IMG/VR virus record: IMGVR_UViG_3300046780_000427
Coordinates: 8,059 to 72,058 of that record
From: a virus
Reading direction: 5' to 3' (one strand)
DNA length: 64,000 nucleotides
Below the pieces are notes generated by a model, which made no database searches, was not told the DNA's origin, and was given only the letters and a program-made list of their open reading frames with translations. Positions 54,662 to 63,839 of the stretch are shown here, piece after piece (within the stretch, counting starts at the first letter, position 1; each line of letters starts with the position of its first letter). The position numbers were made by a program, and so were the translations under genes.

Positions 54662-55153
54662 ATGAGAAAGCGCACTATCGTTTTCGGGACCGCCGCTGTC
54701 GGCGTGGCCGCGCTCATCGTTATCGGTGCCGTCACGGCATCACCGCCCCCGGCCAGCCACCGGGCACCTGCCACGCAGGCCGCCACCTCGGCTCCTGCCG
54801 CCGCCACGGTCCCGGCCGCGCCTGCCCCGCCGCAGTTCACCCCGGCGCAGCAGCAGGTCCTCGACTCCGCCGAGTCCTACCTGACGGACGGGCAAGGGTT
54901 CTCCAAGGCCAGGCTGATGGACCAGCTCACGTCCTCCTCCGGTGAGGGGTTCTCCCACCGGCTGGCCAGGTTCGCGCTCGCCCACCTTCAGGTCAACTGG
55001 AATCAGCAGGCCGTCCTGTCCGCCAAGGGATACCTGACCGATGGGCAGGGGTTCTCCCGCTCGGGGCTGGTGCAGCAACTCGAATCGGCCTTCGGGGAGC
55101 AGTTCACCCCGGCGCAGGCCCGCCACGGTGCCGCCGTGGCGATGCGAGGCTGA
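54662..55153 (+). CDS. Ltp-family surface protein (putative superinfection exclusion)
   Basis: TM anchor, Pro/Ala linker, two repeats SA.SYL...GFS...L..QL....GE.F. Confidence 0.85.
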   Translation: MRKRTIVFGTAAVGVAALIVIGAVTASPPPASHRAPATQAATSAPAAATVPAAPAPPQFTPAQQQVLDSAESYLTDGQGFSKARLMDQLTSSSGEGFSHRLARFALAHLQVNWNQQAVLSAKGYLTDGQGFSRSGLVQQLESAFGEQFTPAQARHGAAVAMRG

Positions 55154-55179
55154 TCCTGGTGTCTGACAAAGGAGGCGTG

Positions 55180-55977
55180 ATGTGGCACCGCAGGAGGACC
55201 TGCCCGGACTGCGGGCTCCGGCATGACATGAGGGCCTGTCAGGAGGGCGGGTTCACCTGCTCCTGCTGTGAGGCTATCGAAGCCATTACACCCGAGCAGG
55301 CGTTCGCGATCAGCCCGATCAACAGGTGGTGGCCGGCTGACCGGCCACGCCAGGCTGGTGTCGTTGCCGGCCTCGGCACCACTGCTGCCGTGTGGTGGGC
55401 GTTCGGCCCGGTGGCGGCGGGGGTGTCGATGTTCACCCTGTCCGGGGTGGCCTACGTGATCGCCCGCCTGACCGGGGAGGAGATCTCGGGCCGCATGGCC
55501 CTCGCCCGGGACATGGCGGCCGAGTCGATGCTGCACCTCCTGCACGACCCGGCCGGGGTGTCGTCGGTGGCGATCGTCGGCCCCGCCCGTGGCCCCTACA
55601 GGTGGCTGGTCTGCTACCGGGACGGCAGGACCGCAGGAGGCTGGGGACCCACTGAGCGGCTGGCCCGCAGGTGGGCGTTGGCCTGCGCCAGGTGGCCGAA
55701 ACGGCGGAGGATGCTGAACATGACCTACCGGACTTTGCGGATCAACCCGGCGACCGGCGGGATCATCCTGGACCCCCCGGGCACGCTGCCCACCCAGGCT
55801 GAGGGTGACCTGATCATCCGGCCCCGGTGCCCTCGGTGTAAGCGGTCGGTGGCGGTCGAGTTCGGCGACGTGTCCCTGCCTGGTGAGCCCGAGGCGTGGC
55901 TGCCCGTCGTGGCGTCCTGCCGGACACCGGACTGCACCAGGCGGGCCCCGGTAGGCTCGTTGCCGCAGCACAGGTAG
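55180..55977 (+). CDS. Hypothetical membrane protein with Zn ribbons
   Basis: AAAGGAGG RBS; CPDC, two TM helices, CPRC. Confidence 0.5.
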   Translation: MWHRRRTCPDCGLRHDMRACQEGGFTCSCCEAIEAITPEQAFAISPINRWWPADRPRQAGVVAGLGTTAAVWWAFGPVAAGVSMFTLSGVAYVIARLTGEEISGRMALARDMAAESMLHLLHDPAGVSSVAIVGPARGPYRWLVCYRDGRTAGGWGPTERLARRWALACARWPKRRRMLNMTYRTLRINPATGGIILDPPGTLPTQAEGDLIIRPRCPRCKRSVAVEFGDVSLPGEPEAWLPVVASCRTPDCTRRAPVGSLPQHR

Positions 55978-56076
55978 GCCGCGTGACCGGCCAGCGGCGG
56001 CGCCCGAGGTGGGCGCCGCCGCTGATCTGCAAGGACTGCCTCACCACCCCAGGCACAGGTTAGGGAGCGTGAACGG

Positions 56077-56769
56077 ATGCGGCGCAGTGTAAAGGGAGCG
56101 TTGACAGGCGGGGTCCTGGCAGGAGCGGCCCTGCTGACGGCCTGCTCTGCCACCTCGACCACCACAGGATCGCGCCTGGCAGCACCAAGGGTGGATCACG
56201 GGAACGTCGAGGCCACCTCCCCCGGTCCTGCGTCGGCACCGCACTGCGGCATTGAACGGTGGGCGGTGAAGACCGGCACCGACCCCGCCGCTGGCCAGGT
56301 GAACCTGACCCAGATCACCCCGTCATCAGTCCTGGCCCTGGGCGGCCTGCCAGTGCCGCCGGGCACCGAGCAGAACCCGGACCAGCGCGCCGCCCCCGTG
56401 GAGGACACCGTCTACCAGGTGCACGCGATCCTCCGCGAGTACAAGGTGGAAGCCGACAGCGACGTGCACCTGGTCCTCGACGCTGACGGCAAGACGATGA
56501 TCGTGGAGATCCCCGCGCCGGCGTGCGTCGGCCCGTCGTCCCCGTTCGCCCCGGGGATCACCCACGCCCGCAAACAGTTTGAGCAGGTGTTCGCCCCCGG
56601 CGGCTACTGGCAACCCGCCGGGGTGCCGGTGATAGTGACCGGCGTCGGGTTCTTCGACCGCCTCCACGGGCAGACCGGCGTCGCACCGAACGGCATCGAA
56701 CTGCACCCGGTCCTTGACATCCAGATCCTCTCCCCGGACACCCCGACCGCTGCACCGTCCCCGTCATGA
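56077..56769 (+). CDS. Secreted lipoprotein with OB-fold-like domain
   Basis: LTAC lipobox; CG.ERWAVKTGTD...E.DSD.HL...IVEIP...TGVGFFD..HGQ...IELHPV. Confidence 0.7.
   Translation: MRRSVKGALTGGVLAGAALLTACSATSTTTGSRLAAPRVDHGNVEATSPGPASAPHCGIERWAVKTGTDPAAGQVNLTQITPSSVLALGGLPVPPGTEQNPDQRAAPVEDTVYQVHAILREYKVEADSDVHLVLDADGKTMIVEIPAPACVGPSSPFAPGITHARKQFEQVFAPGGYWQPAGVPVIVTGVGFFDRLHGQTGVAPNGIELHPVLDIQILSPDTPTAAPSPS
56088..56106. promoter_or_regulatory. Near-perfect copy of the palindrome (TGTAAA-N7-TTGACA)
   Basis: tgtaaa gggagcg ttgaca. Confidence 0.5.
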
Positions 56770-57083
56770 CCGGGCCCCTCGAGCTGGGGGCCCGGCTCGC
56801 AGCCAGGGTGGTGCGTGCGGCGAGTTCGATGGGTCCGCTGGACACCCGCCTGCCACGGGTGCATCATCAGCGGTATAGGCGGCCTGGCCCCGCCCGGTTG
56901 ACCTGTGGGGGCCAGGCCGCTGGCCGCAGGCGGGAGCGGGGACCTTCTAGGGCTTTGACCCGCGCCGGTCACCGGAGCCGAGCCCTGTCAGGTGACCGCC
57001 CGCCTCCGGGCCACTGACCTCCGCAAGGGCTACAATCACCCCACACGTCCTAACACGTTCCGTGCAACCACAGGGGCGAACTG

Positions 57084-57437
57084 ATGGCCACAGCAACCCG
57101 CACCACCAGCAAGCTTGAGGACATCCCGCTGGACCGGCACTCCAACTTGGAGACCTGGGTCCGCGGGTGGCACAACCGGCTCCGCAACCAGGCGTATGCG
57201 ATTGAGCTGGGCGCGGCGGAGCTGCAGGGGTTCCTGGGCCGGGCCAAGGGCCTGGAGAAGTTCGCCGCCCGGCAGAAAGCCCGCCGGGTGGCCCGCAGGT
57301 TCAAGCGGGCCGCGCGCCTGTCCGAGGCCGCCGCGTCAGAGTTCTCCCGCGGGATGACCGCCTACCGGCGGGAGTACCCCGAACTGATCAGCCCCCGCAA
57401 GTCGGGTAAGGCCGGCGGGTTCAACTTCAACTCATGA
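57084..57437 (+). CDS. traA: Actinomycete plasmid transfer protein TraA-like
   Basis: KARRVARRFKRAA...A....AYRREY pattern, directly upstream of and coupled to TraB. Confidence 0.55.
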   Translation: MATATRTTSKLEDIPLDRHSNLETWVRGWHNRLRNQAYAIELGAAELQGFLGRAKGLEKFAARQKARRVARRFKRAARLSEAAASEFSRGMTAYRREYPELISPRKSGKAGGFNFNS

Positions 57438-59374
57438 GCACGTCAGTGCGGAAGACCGCCGGGGAGGCCCGGGACAAGGCGGTGGAGCACCACATCTCCC
57501 GGGCCGTCCTCCTGGTCCCGCCGTGGGTCGGATCGTTCCTGCTCCTCCCCCTCGGCCTGATCCTTCATCAGGAGTTCCCCGGCGCCGCGTACGCGGCCGG
57601 GGTCCTGGCCGTGGCCCTGGTCCTCGCAGCGCTAGCCTTCCATGTCACCCACGACAGGTCCGCTGTCGGCCGGCTCCACATCCTGGTCACCGCCGCCGCC
57701 GCCGGCACCTGGCTCGCCGCGGCCGACGTGGCCGGGTTCACCGTCAAGGGCGTGTGGTTCACCTACCTGATCGTGGCGATCGGCGGCGCGGTGTCGTGGA
57801 ACCTGCGCGGCATGGCCCGGCACCAGGCGATGGGTGACCTGCTCGGGCACCTGTTCGCCTCGGCGCATGACGCCGCCGGCCTGGAAGGCGCACAGGCCAG
57901 GTTCTACCCGCAGGAACCCGGGTCCAAGGTGCTCCGCGGCAAGGCCCTCGGGGTACGCGGGGCGCACACCTCCAAGTCGTTTGTCGACGCGGCCCGCAAC
58001 GTGGAGTCCGCCGCCGGCCTGCCGCCAGGGTCGATCAACTACTCCCGCAACGGGTCCGATGGCGCGGCCGCGGACATGACCGTCTCAGACCCCAGGGCGA
58101 TCGACACCTCACCCGCCTGGCCGGGGCCTTCGGCTCCGGGTGCCAGCGTGGCCAAACCGCTGCGGGTGGCGATGTGGCAGACCGGCGAATGGACCGGGTT
58201 CCGCCTGGTCCCCGCGCATCACATCCTGATCGCCGGGATGACCGGCGCCGCCAAGTCCACCAGCGCGGGGTGGTCGCTGCTCGCGGAACTGGTCACCCGC
58301 CATGACGTGAAGGTTTATGCCGCGGACACGGTGAAGGGTGAGCAGACCCTCGGCGCGTTCCGCCCCTGCCTCGCCACCGACGCCCCGGGGTGTGAGGGCG
58401 GCATCCTCACCGACCCCGACCACGCCGCCGGGCTGCTCGCCTGGGCCAGGGCGCAGATCCGCCCGAGGACCGACTACCTGGCCTCCAAGGGGGTCATGGA
58501 ATGGCAGGAAAGCTGCGGTATTGACCTGCTGGTGTTCTGGCTGGAGGAGGCACCCGACTTCATCGACCACGCCGGGGAGGCCGCCGCTGAGGAGTGGGTC
58601 AAGTCGATGAAAGCCGCCAGGTCGGCGGGGATCATCTTCGTCTACTCCTGCCAGCGGCCGGACTGGTCCCAGATGCCCACCATCGCCCGGGCACAGTTCG
58701 CCGGCCGGGTCGCGATGGGTGTCAACACCTCCGGTGACGCGGACCTGTGCATCACCGAACGGCAGGACCGCGCCGGGTGTGAGCCGGAGCACTGGGCCGA
58801 CCGGGAGAAAGGCAAGGCGTACCTGGACGGCCCGTGGGTCACCGATGAGCAGGTCCCGCTGACGGCCCGGTTCTGCTTCTGGGGACGGGACTCCTCGCTG
58901 ATCACCGAGCACTGCCGGGCATTCGCCCGGCAGGCTACTGCGCCCGCACCAGGAGGAGGACCTGTGGGCATCTTCGACCGTTTCCGTGACCCTGACCCCG
59001 CCGGCCTGGCCGACGACGAGGACCTGTACGCCGACACTAGGACACCTGAGGATGAGGCCCTGTCGGTCCTCGGCCCCGACGACGACCCGGTGCCTGAGGC
59101 GGCCAGCCTGGAGCCTTCGGGGACCGAGTGGGTGTTCGGTGAGGAGGCACCACCGGAGGACGCACCCGAAGCCGACGCCGAGCAGGCGTTCGACAAGTGG
59201 CTGGCTGAGCGGGCCCGCATGGGTCAGCGGACGTTCCGTGCCGCCGACCTGGTGGAGATGCGCGCCAGTTGCGGCCGGTCCCGGTCGTGGGTGTATGACC
59301 AGCTCCAGGTCCGTGTTGCCCGCGGGCAACTGTCCCGCGGTGAGGGCACCTGGACAATCCGGGACGCCGCATGA
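57434..59374 (+). CDS. traB: TraB-type FtsK/SpoIIIE conjugative DNA translocase
   Basis: 4 N-terminal TM helices; Walker A AGMTGAAKS; WLEEA Walker B; ARSAGI...QRP; acidic linker; C-terminal winged helix (GRSRSWVYDQL). Confidence 0.8.
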   Translation: MSTSVRKTAGEARDKAVEHHISRAVLLVPPWVGSFLLLPLGLILHQEFPGAAYAAGVLAVALVLAALAFHVTHDRSAVGRLHILVTAAAAGTWLAAADVAGFTVKGVWFTYLIVAIGGAVSWNLRGMARHQAMGDLLGHLFASAHDAAGLEGAQARFYPQEPGSKVLRGKALGVRGAHTSKSFVDAARNVESAAGLPPGSINYSRNGSDGAAADMTVSDPRAIDTSPAWPGPSAPGASVAKPLRVAMWQTGEWTGFRLVPAHHILIAGMTGAAKSTSAGWSLLAELVTRHDVKVYAADTVKGEQTLGAFRPCLATDAPGCEGGILTDPDHAAGLLAWARAQIRPRTDYLASKGVMEWQESCGIDLLVFWLEEAPDFIDHAGEAAAEEWVKSMKAARSAGIIFVYSCQRPDWSQMPTIARAQFAGRVAMGVNTSGDADLCITERQDRAGCEPEHWADREKGKAYLDGPWVTDEQVPLTARFCFWGRDSSLITEHCRAFARQATAPAPGGGPVGIFDRFRDPDPAGLADDEDLYADTRTPEDEALSVLGPDDDPVPEAASLEPSGTEWVFGEEAPPEDAPEADAEQAFDKWLAERARMGQRTFRAADLVEMRASCGRSRSWVYDQLQVRVARGQLSRGEGTWTIRDAA

Positions 59375-59652
59375 GCAGCCTGGTGGTCGAGCCGGACGGC
59401 CGGCCCACGGTCACCGTCGCACCAGGGAAAAGGCTGATCGCCGGATCCAGTGCGGCAGCGGACCTGATCCTGCCGGGCCTCAACCCGCAGCACGCCGTGT
59501 TCTACCACGACCCCGACCAGGGGTGGCTGGTCGCGCACTTCGGCGCGGAGGTCCGCGTCAACGATTCCGAGCCGATCTTCGCCCCCACGGTCCTGGCCGC
59601 AGGTGACCGGGTGCGCCTCGGCCCCGCGACCGTCACCGTCGTCCCAATCTGA
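59371..59652 (+). CDS. Degenerate FHA domain protein
   Basis: IAG....DL.L....QHA.F.....W....VN......L..GD.VRLG; GR/S phosphothreonine-binding residues absent. Confidence 0.6.
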   Translation: MSSLVVEPDGRPTVTVAPGKRLIAGSSAAADLILPGLNPQHAVFYHDPDQGWLVAHFGAEVRVNDSEPIFAPTVLAAGDRVRLGPATVTVVPI

Positions 59653-59668
59653 GAGAGGGGAGATCCCG

Positions 59669-60271
59669 ATGTGTGAACCGAAAGCCCGTGCAGGCGGCCG
59701 CACGATCGGCGCGGGCATCAGCCTCGCCGGCCTCGCCGCCGCCGCCACCGGGCTGAACGAGGCCCTGCTGATCGCAGAAGACGCCGCCGCGATCATCACC
59801 GCCCTGGCCGTCATCGGCCTGGTCGCGGTCCTGTGGCGCGCCGGTGTCGTCGCCGCGTCCGTGCGCGCGGGTGCGCGGACCACGACGTGGAGTGTCACCC
59901 AAGTACGCGGCCTGGCAGCCGGGCAGGCGCGCAGGCGCGCGCGCAGCCGTCTAGCTATCCGGGCACGGGGGCTGGGGGAACTACCGCCCGGGCAGGGACC
60001 TGTCGTCGGACGTGTCGTCGGCAGGCCCGCACGGCTGGGGGTTCCCAGGTGGGCACGGGTGACGGCAGGCGACGACAGCCAGGCGACGACAATCCGGCTG
60101 CCTGGTGTTGTCGCCCCTGGTCAGGAGCCTGTGGTGCTCCTGGTGGAGGAGGTAGGTGACCTGCTGAGCAGGTTCGGTGTGGACAGCGAGAAGTGGCAGC
60201 GGGAACTGATCGCCGCAGCTATGAACCATCCCGGCAGGCTGGCCCCGCCGACCTGGAGGCGGGGTGGATGA
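59669..60271 (+). CDS. Membrane protein (possibly Spd-like)
   Basis: Two TM helices; GAGAGAGGGG RBS. Confidence 0.5.
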   Translation: MCEPKARAGGRTIGAGISLAGLAAAATGLNEALLIAEDAAAIITALAVIGLVAVLWRAGVVAASVRAGARTTTWSVTQVRGLAAGQARRRARSRLAIRARGLGELPPGQGPVVGRVVGRPARLGVPRWARVTAGDDSQATTIRLPGVVAPGQEPVVLLVEEVGDLLSRFGVDSEKWQRELIAAAMNHPGRLAPPTWRRGG

Positions 60272-60602
60272 GGCAGCGTTCCTGGCCGCGCGGGTGGACG
60301 AGGAGGAGGCGTGGATACGTGACTTCGCCCGGCTGCTCGATGAGATTCAGATGGACAACGCCGACACACTCAGGCACCAGCAGGCGAACACGGCGTACGT
60401 CTTCGGCCAGGAGCACATGCACCCAGACCGCCTGCTCCGTCAGGTCGAGGCCGGGCGCAAGCTTCTTGCCGCGTACCGGAAAGCCACAGGGACCGGCCCG
60501 GAGGACTGGCCAGGAGACCCGGCCTACTGTGCCGGCCTGCTTGATGCCATCAAGATCAGCGCCGCCGTCTACAGCGGCCACCCGGAATATGAACCATGCT
60601 GA
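60264..60602 (+). CDS. DUF6221 family protein
   Basis: AFLAARVDEEE...P.RLLRQVEA.R...AAVYSGHPEY. Confidence 0.7.
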   Translation: MDEAAFLAARVDEEEAWIRDFARLLDEIQMDNADTLRHQQANTAYVFGQEHMHPDRLLRQVEAGRKLLAAYRKATGTGPEDWPGDPAYCAGLLDAIKISAAVYSGHPEYEPC

Positions 60603-60940
60603 ATAGAGCCGGCCACGTCCTCGCGGTCCTGCTCATAGCCGCGGCGGTCGCGGGGTTCGCCTACGCCGCCTGGTCCTGGGCCGGCCTGACCATGGCCGGC
60701 CTCGCGGAGGCCGGGGCTTACGGGTGGTCGCTGCACCGCAACGAGTGGGAGGACTGCCCGCGGTGCGGTGCCCGCGGCCGCCACCACGGGATGATCGCCT
60801 CCCGGGCCCGGCACGGTTGCGGCAGGTGCGACGGGACCGGCGGTGAGGTCGTCCGCCTGGGGGTGCGGGTGTTCCGCCCGGCGCGGGCGCAGGAGTTGCT
60901 GCGTCACGCCGGCGTTGACCGGCCGTGGTGGCGCGGGTGA
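60596..60940 (+). CDS. Membrane-anchored DnaJ-type Zn-finger protein
   Basis: TM helices, then CPRCGARG...CGRCDGTG...RLG. Confidence 0.6.
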   Translation: MLNRAGHVLAVLLIAAAVAGFAYAAWSWAGLTMAGLAEAGAYGWSLHRNEWEDCPRCGARGRHHGMIASRARHGCGRCDGTGGEVVRLGVRVFRPARAQELLRHAGVDRPWWRG

Positions 60941-61146
60941 TCGCCGGGCTGCTGTCCGCGTTCAACGGGCAGGGCGACAGGCACGACCCGGACAGGTGCC
61001 GGCGGCGCAGGTGCAGGGAACGCAGGTGCAAGGACTGGCGGGCCGGGTTCGGCGCTGGCCGGGGCGCGGGGTTCGCGGACGGGCACGCGGCAGGGTATGA
61101 GGAGGGGCGGGCCGATGTGATCGCGGAGAGCAGGGCAGCGGGATGA
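60937..61146 (+). CDS. Small hypothetical protein
   Basis: Coupled; GF..G...GF.DG..AGYEEG repeats. Confidence 0.45.
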   Translation: MIAGLLSAFNGQGDRHDPDRCRRRRCRERRCKDWRAGFGAGRGAGFADGHAAGYEEGRADVIAESRAAG

Positions 61147-61679
61147 TAGTGGCCATGATGAGAGCGGTTGCCCGGGTGGCCGGCCCGGTGGTGTGGGCGT
61201 GGGTGATCTGCGCGGTGTTCGGCCTGCCGTCGATCCTGTTCACGGCCGTAGCGGGGTTCCTGGTGTTGCGGGCCACGGTGGAGGCGTGCAAGCCGCCGTT
61301 GACGATCCGGCGGGTCAAGTTGCCGACCAGGGACCGGGTGCCAGGCTCCCCGCTGGGCGGGACCCGGCTGCTCACCCCGCGGGAGGTCGAGCAGATCCGG
61401 GAAGCATGGCGGGCCAAGCAGCCGAAGCTCCAGGAGCCGCCTGCCGCGCCAAGGGTCTGCTCGCATGGGCAGGTGGAGGAGATCCGGTCATGTGTAACCG
61501 GCGCCCTGGTCGCCTTGTGGTGCCCGGTCTGTGACCGGCAGTCCACCTGTCACAACGTGATCCTGGCCAAGTCGCTGGCACCGGACCCGGGGATGGTCAC
61601 CATGTACGTCGCGGCGTGGGCGAGGCTGCTCAACCGGGAACGCGGCCGCGTTGAGGCCCTGACCCGCGGGCAAACATGA
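61143..61679 (+). CDS. Membrane protein with Zn ribbon
   Basis: Two TM helices; CSH....E.......VA.WCP.CD.Q. Confidence 0.55.
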   Translation: MIVAMMRAVARVAGPVVWAWVICAVFGLPSILFTAVAGFLVLRATVEACKPPLTIRRVKLPTRDRVPGSPLGGTRLLTPREVEQIREAWRAKQPKLQEPPAAPRVCSHGQVEEIRSCVTGALVALWCPVCDRQSTCHNVILAKSLAPDPGMVTMYVAAWARLLNRERGRVEALTRGQT

Positions 61680-62377
61680 TCCCCGGCGGGGAGCTGCACG
61701 CGGTCCTGGAGGGCGGACCCCAGGACGGGGAGACGATGTGGGTGTCCAGGACCGCGACCTACGTCAACGGCCGGTACTCCTGGCCGATCCCGCCGCCACC
61801 CAGTCACCCAGACCGGCCGGCCTTCCCGTGGACGCGGCCCTGGCGGGTGCGGTGGTGGCGGCGGGAGCTGGCCGCGTGGAAGGCGTGGAAACCGCCCCTG
61901 GTCAACCCGCGGCAGGAATACCTGATCTGGCAGCGCACCGACCGGCAGCACGACGGCTGCCAGGTGTTCACCCTGGCCACCCCGTGGGAGCCCTACAAGG
62001 TGACCGTGGACCTGTCAGCGACGATCGCCGGGCAGCCCCCGTCGTTGTATGCGTTGTACGGCGGGGCGATCTACCAGGCCCACCCGATGGTCCGCAACGA
62101 CCCGCGCACCGTCCTGCGCATGGCACCTGCGCACATGGCCGGGCTGCAGCAGCTCATGCCGCCGGTCCAGCTCATGCCGCCGGTCCAGCTCATGCCGCCG
62201 GTCCAGCTCATGCCGCCGGTCCTGCCCGACCCGGCCGAATACTGGCCTGTAGGCGTGAGCCCGCCGCCGCCAGTACCACCGGCGCTGCTCGGCCTGCGGG
62301 TGGAGGTCGATGACCAGGCCGACCCGCCGTACCTGCTTAACGAGCGGTTCCCGCAAGGGTGGCCGAACTACGCCTAA
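61676..62377 (+). CDS. Hypothetical protein with (QLMPPV)x4 repeat
   Basis: L.GGP.DG motif; coupled. Confidence 0.55.
   Translation: MIPGGELHAVLEGGPQDGETMWVSRTATYVNGRYSWPIPPPPSHPDRPAFPWTRPWRVRWWRRELAAWKAWKPPLVNPRQEYLIWQRTDRQHDGCQVFTLATPWEPYKVTVDLSATIAGQPPSLYALYGGAIYQAHPMVRNDPRTVLRMAPAHMAGLQQLMPPVQLMPPVQLMPPVQLMPPVLPDPAEYWPVGVSPPPPVPPALLGLRVEVDDQADPPYLLNERFPQGWPNYA
62150..62221 (+). repeat. Four perfect 18-bp tandem repeats
   Basis: (cagctcatgccgccggtc)x4, in frame. Confidence 0.95.
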
Positions 62378-62575
62378 ACTGCCGACCTGGTGGCGCCGCC
62401 TCACCCTGGCCGGGAGGCGGCGCCACCCTGCTAGCCTCAGCGGCAAGCGCGGCCTCGCTGGCGATAACCGTCCTCACATCCGCGCTAGTGCGTGCAGCCG
62501 GTATGGCGGTTCGGCCACCCGGGACAGATCATCTGAGCGAGGGCCGGCAGCACAACCGCTGCTATCGTTCCCGGT

Positions 62576-62992
62576 GTGACCTCCCCCGCAGACCAGGCCG
62601 ACCTGACACCGTTCCAACGGCAGGTACTCGCCCAGCTCGCGTCGATCACGACGACGCTCGGCCAGCACGGCACCTCACTGCGGTCCCTCCAAACGAAGGC
62701 GGATCTCCTCATGGGTGCCCAAGACGACCTGATCGCCGCAGCCGCAGCGATCCAAGCGCAGAACGCCGCAATGGCCGGTGTCGCAACCGCGCTCGGCGCG
62801 GCGGTGGCGAACCTCCAAGCCGGGGAGACCGCGATCAAGGCCGAGATCGCCGCCCTATCCGGGCAGGGCGTAGACACCTCCGGCCTGAACGCGGCTGTCG
62901 CGCAGATCAACACCCAGCCCCTCGCCGACGCCGCGACCGCACTGGCCGCCGAGGTGCAGAACGTCGACAACATCGCACCGGCAGGCCCCTGA
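62576..62992 (+). CDS. Coiled-coil hypothetical protein
   Basis: GTG 7 nt after tgcTATCGT, possibly leaderless; followed by hairpin 63009-63045. Confidence 0.6.
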   Translation: MTSPADQADLTPFQRQVLAQLASITTTLGQHGTSLRSLQTKADLLMGAQDDLIAAAAAIQAQNAAMAGVATALGAAVANLQAGETAIKAEIAALSGQGVDTSGLNAAVAQINTQPLADAATALAAEVQNVDNIAPAGP

Positions 62993-63054
62993 CCCCGCAT
63001 CCTCGGGGGTAGCGCCGCCAGCCCGCCACGGGCCGGCGGCGCTACGCTTGCCCC

Positions 63055-63228
63055 ATGGCCGGACTCCTGATCATCCTCGCCTGGATCGCCGCAGCGATCC
63101 TCGCCGCGCTCGCATTCCTGTCCCACACCGGCACCGGGGTCTCCGCCCCCGCATGGTGCGGGTGGCTCGCCGTCCTGATAATCGCCGTCCTCGGCTGCAT
63201 CGGTGCCTTCGGTGACCGCCACCACTAA
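63055..63228 (+). CDS. Small two-TM membrane protein
   Basis: MAGLLIILAWIAAAILAALAFL...WCGWLAVLIIAVLG; ATG 6 nt after TACGCT. Confidence 0.55.
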   Translation: MAGLLIILAWIAAAILAALAFLSHTGTGVSAPAWCGWLAVLIIAVLGCIGAFGDRHH

Positions 63229-63481
63229 CCGGACTGCCGTCACTGAGTGCTGCGGTGCCCGGCTCCGCAGCAGCACCAGCCAGGCCCCGTCCTGGCGCAC
63301 CTGTTCCCGGTGCGGCCTGCCGGTGCAGGCCACCGGGCAGGTCTACATGGACGGGGCCGTGCTCCGCGCCGCGGCCGCCGTGATCCGCCGCCGGGCTACC
63401 CGCCGGTCCTTCACCCTGGATGTCCTAGTCAGGGTCCTCCGCAACACCGCTGTGAAGGCCGACCGTGACAAGGTCCTATAA
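63203..63481 (+). CDS. Zn-ribbon hypothetical protein
   Basis: ECCGA...CSRCG. Confidence 0.45.
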   Translation: MPSVTATTNRTAVTECCGARLRSSTSQAPSWRTCSRCGLPVQATGQVYMDGAVLRAAAAVIRRRATRRSFTLDVLVRVLRNTAVKADRDKVL

Positions 63482-63839
63482 CACCCAGGTCGGCCTGGGC
63501 ACCGAACACCAGGCGCAGCGCAGGCAAGCGATCACCAGGCTGCGCCCCGGGATCGACACCTGCGCTCACCCGGAGTACTGCGGCGGACTGCCCATGTGGC
63601 CCACACCCAAGGCAGCGGTAGCCGCAGGCGTCCCCGCATGGCTCGGGAGACTCGACCTAGACCACTGGCCTGGACGCATCTTCGGGGGACCTCAACACCT
63701 GGCACTCTCCCACTCCACCTGCAACCGGCGGGCAGGCGCCGCGATGGGCAACCGGCTACGCGGCATGGGCATACGCCGCACGGTGAGACGACGCCCTACA
63801 GGCAGGGACTACAACCGGCAACGCCGCGCCAGGTGGTGA
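63465..63839 (+). CDS. HNH endonuclease (packaging-associated type)
   Basis: LG.EHQ..R...C....CGG.PMW...LDLDH...L.L.H..CNR.AG; last gene of the arm. Confidence 0.7.
   Translation: MTRSYNTQVGLGTEHQAQRRQAITRLRPGIDTCAHPEYCGGLPMWPTPKAAVAAGVPAWLGRLDLDHWPGRIFGGPQHLALSHSTCNRRAGAAMGNRLRGMGIRRTVRRRPTGRDYNRQRRARW

Noticed and set aside
62150-62221. CRISPR array
   Set aside because: Repeats are contiguous, have no spacers and lie in frame in a CDS; no cas genes.
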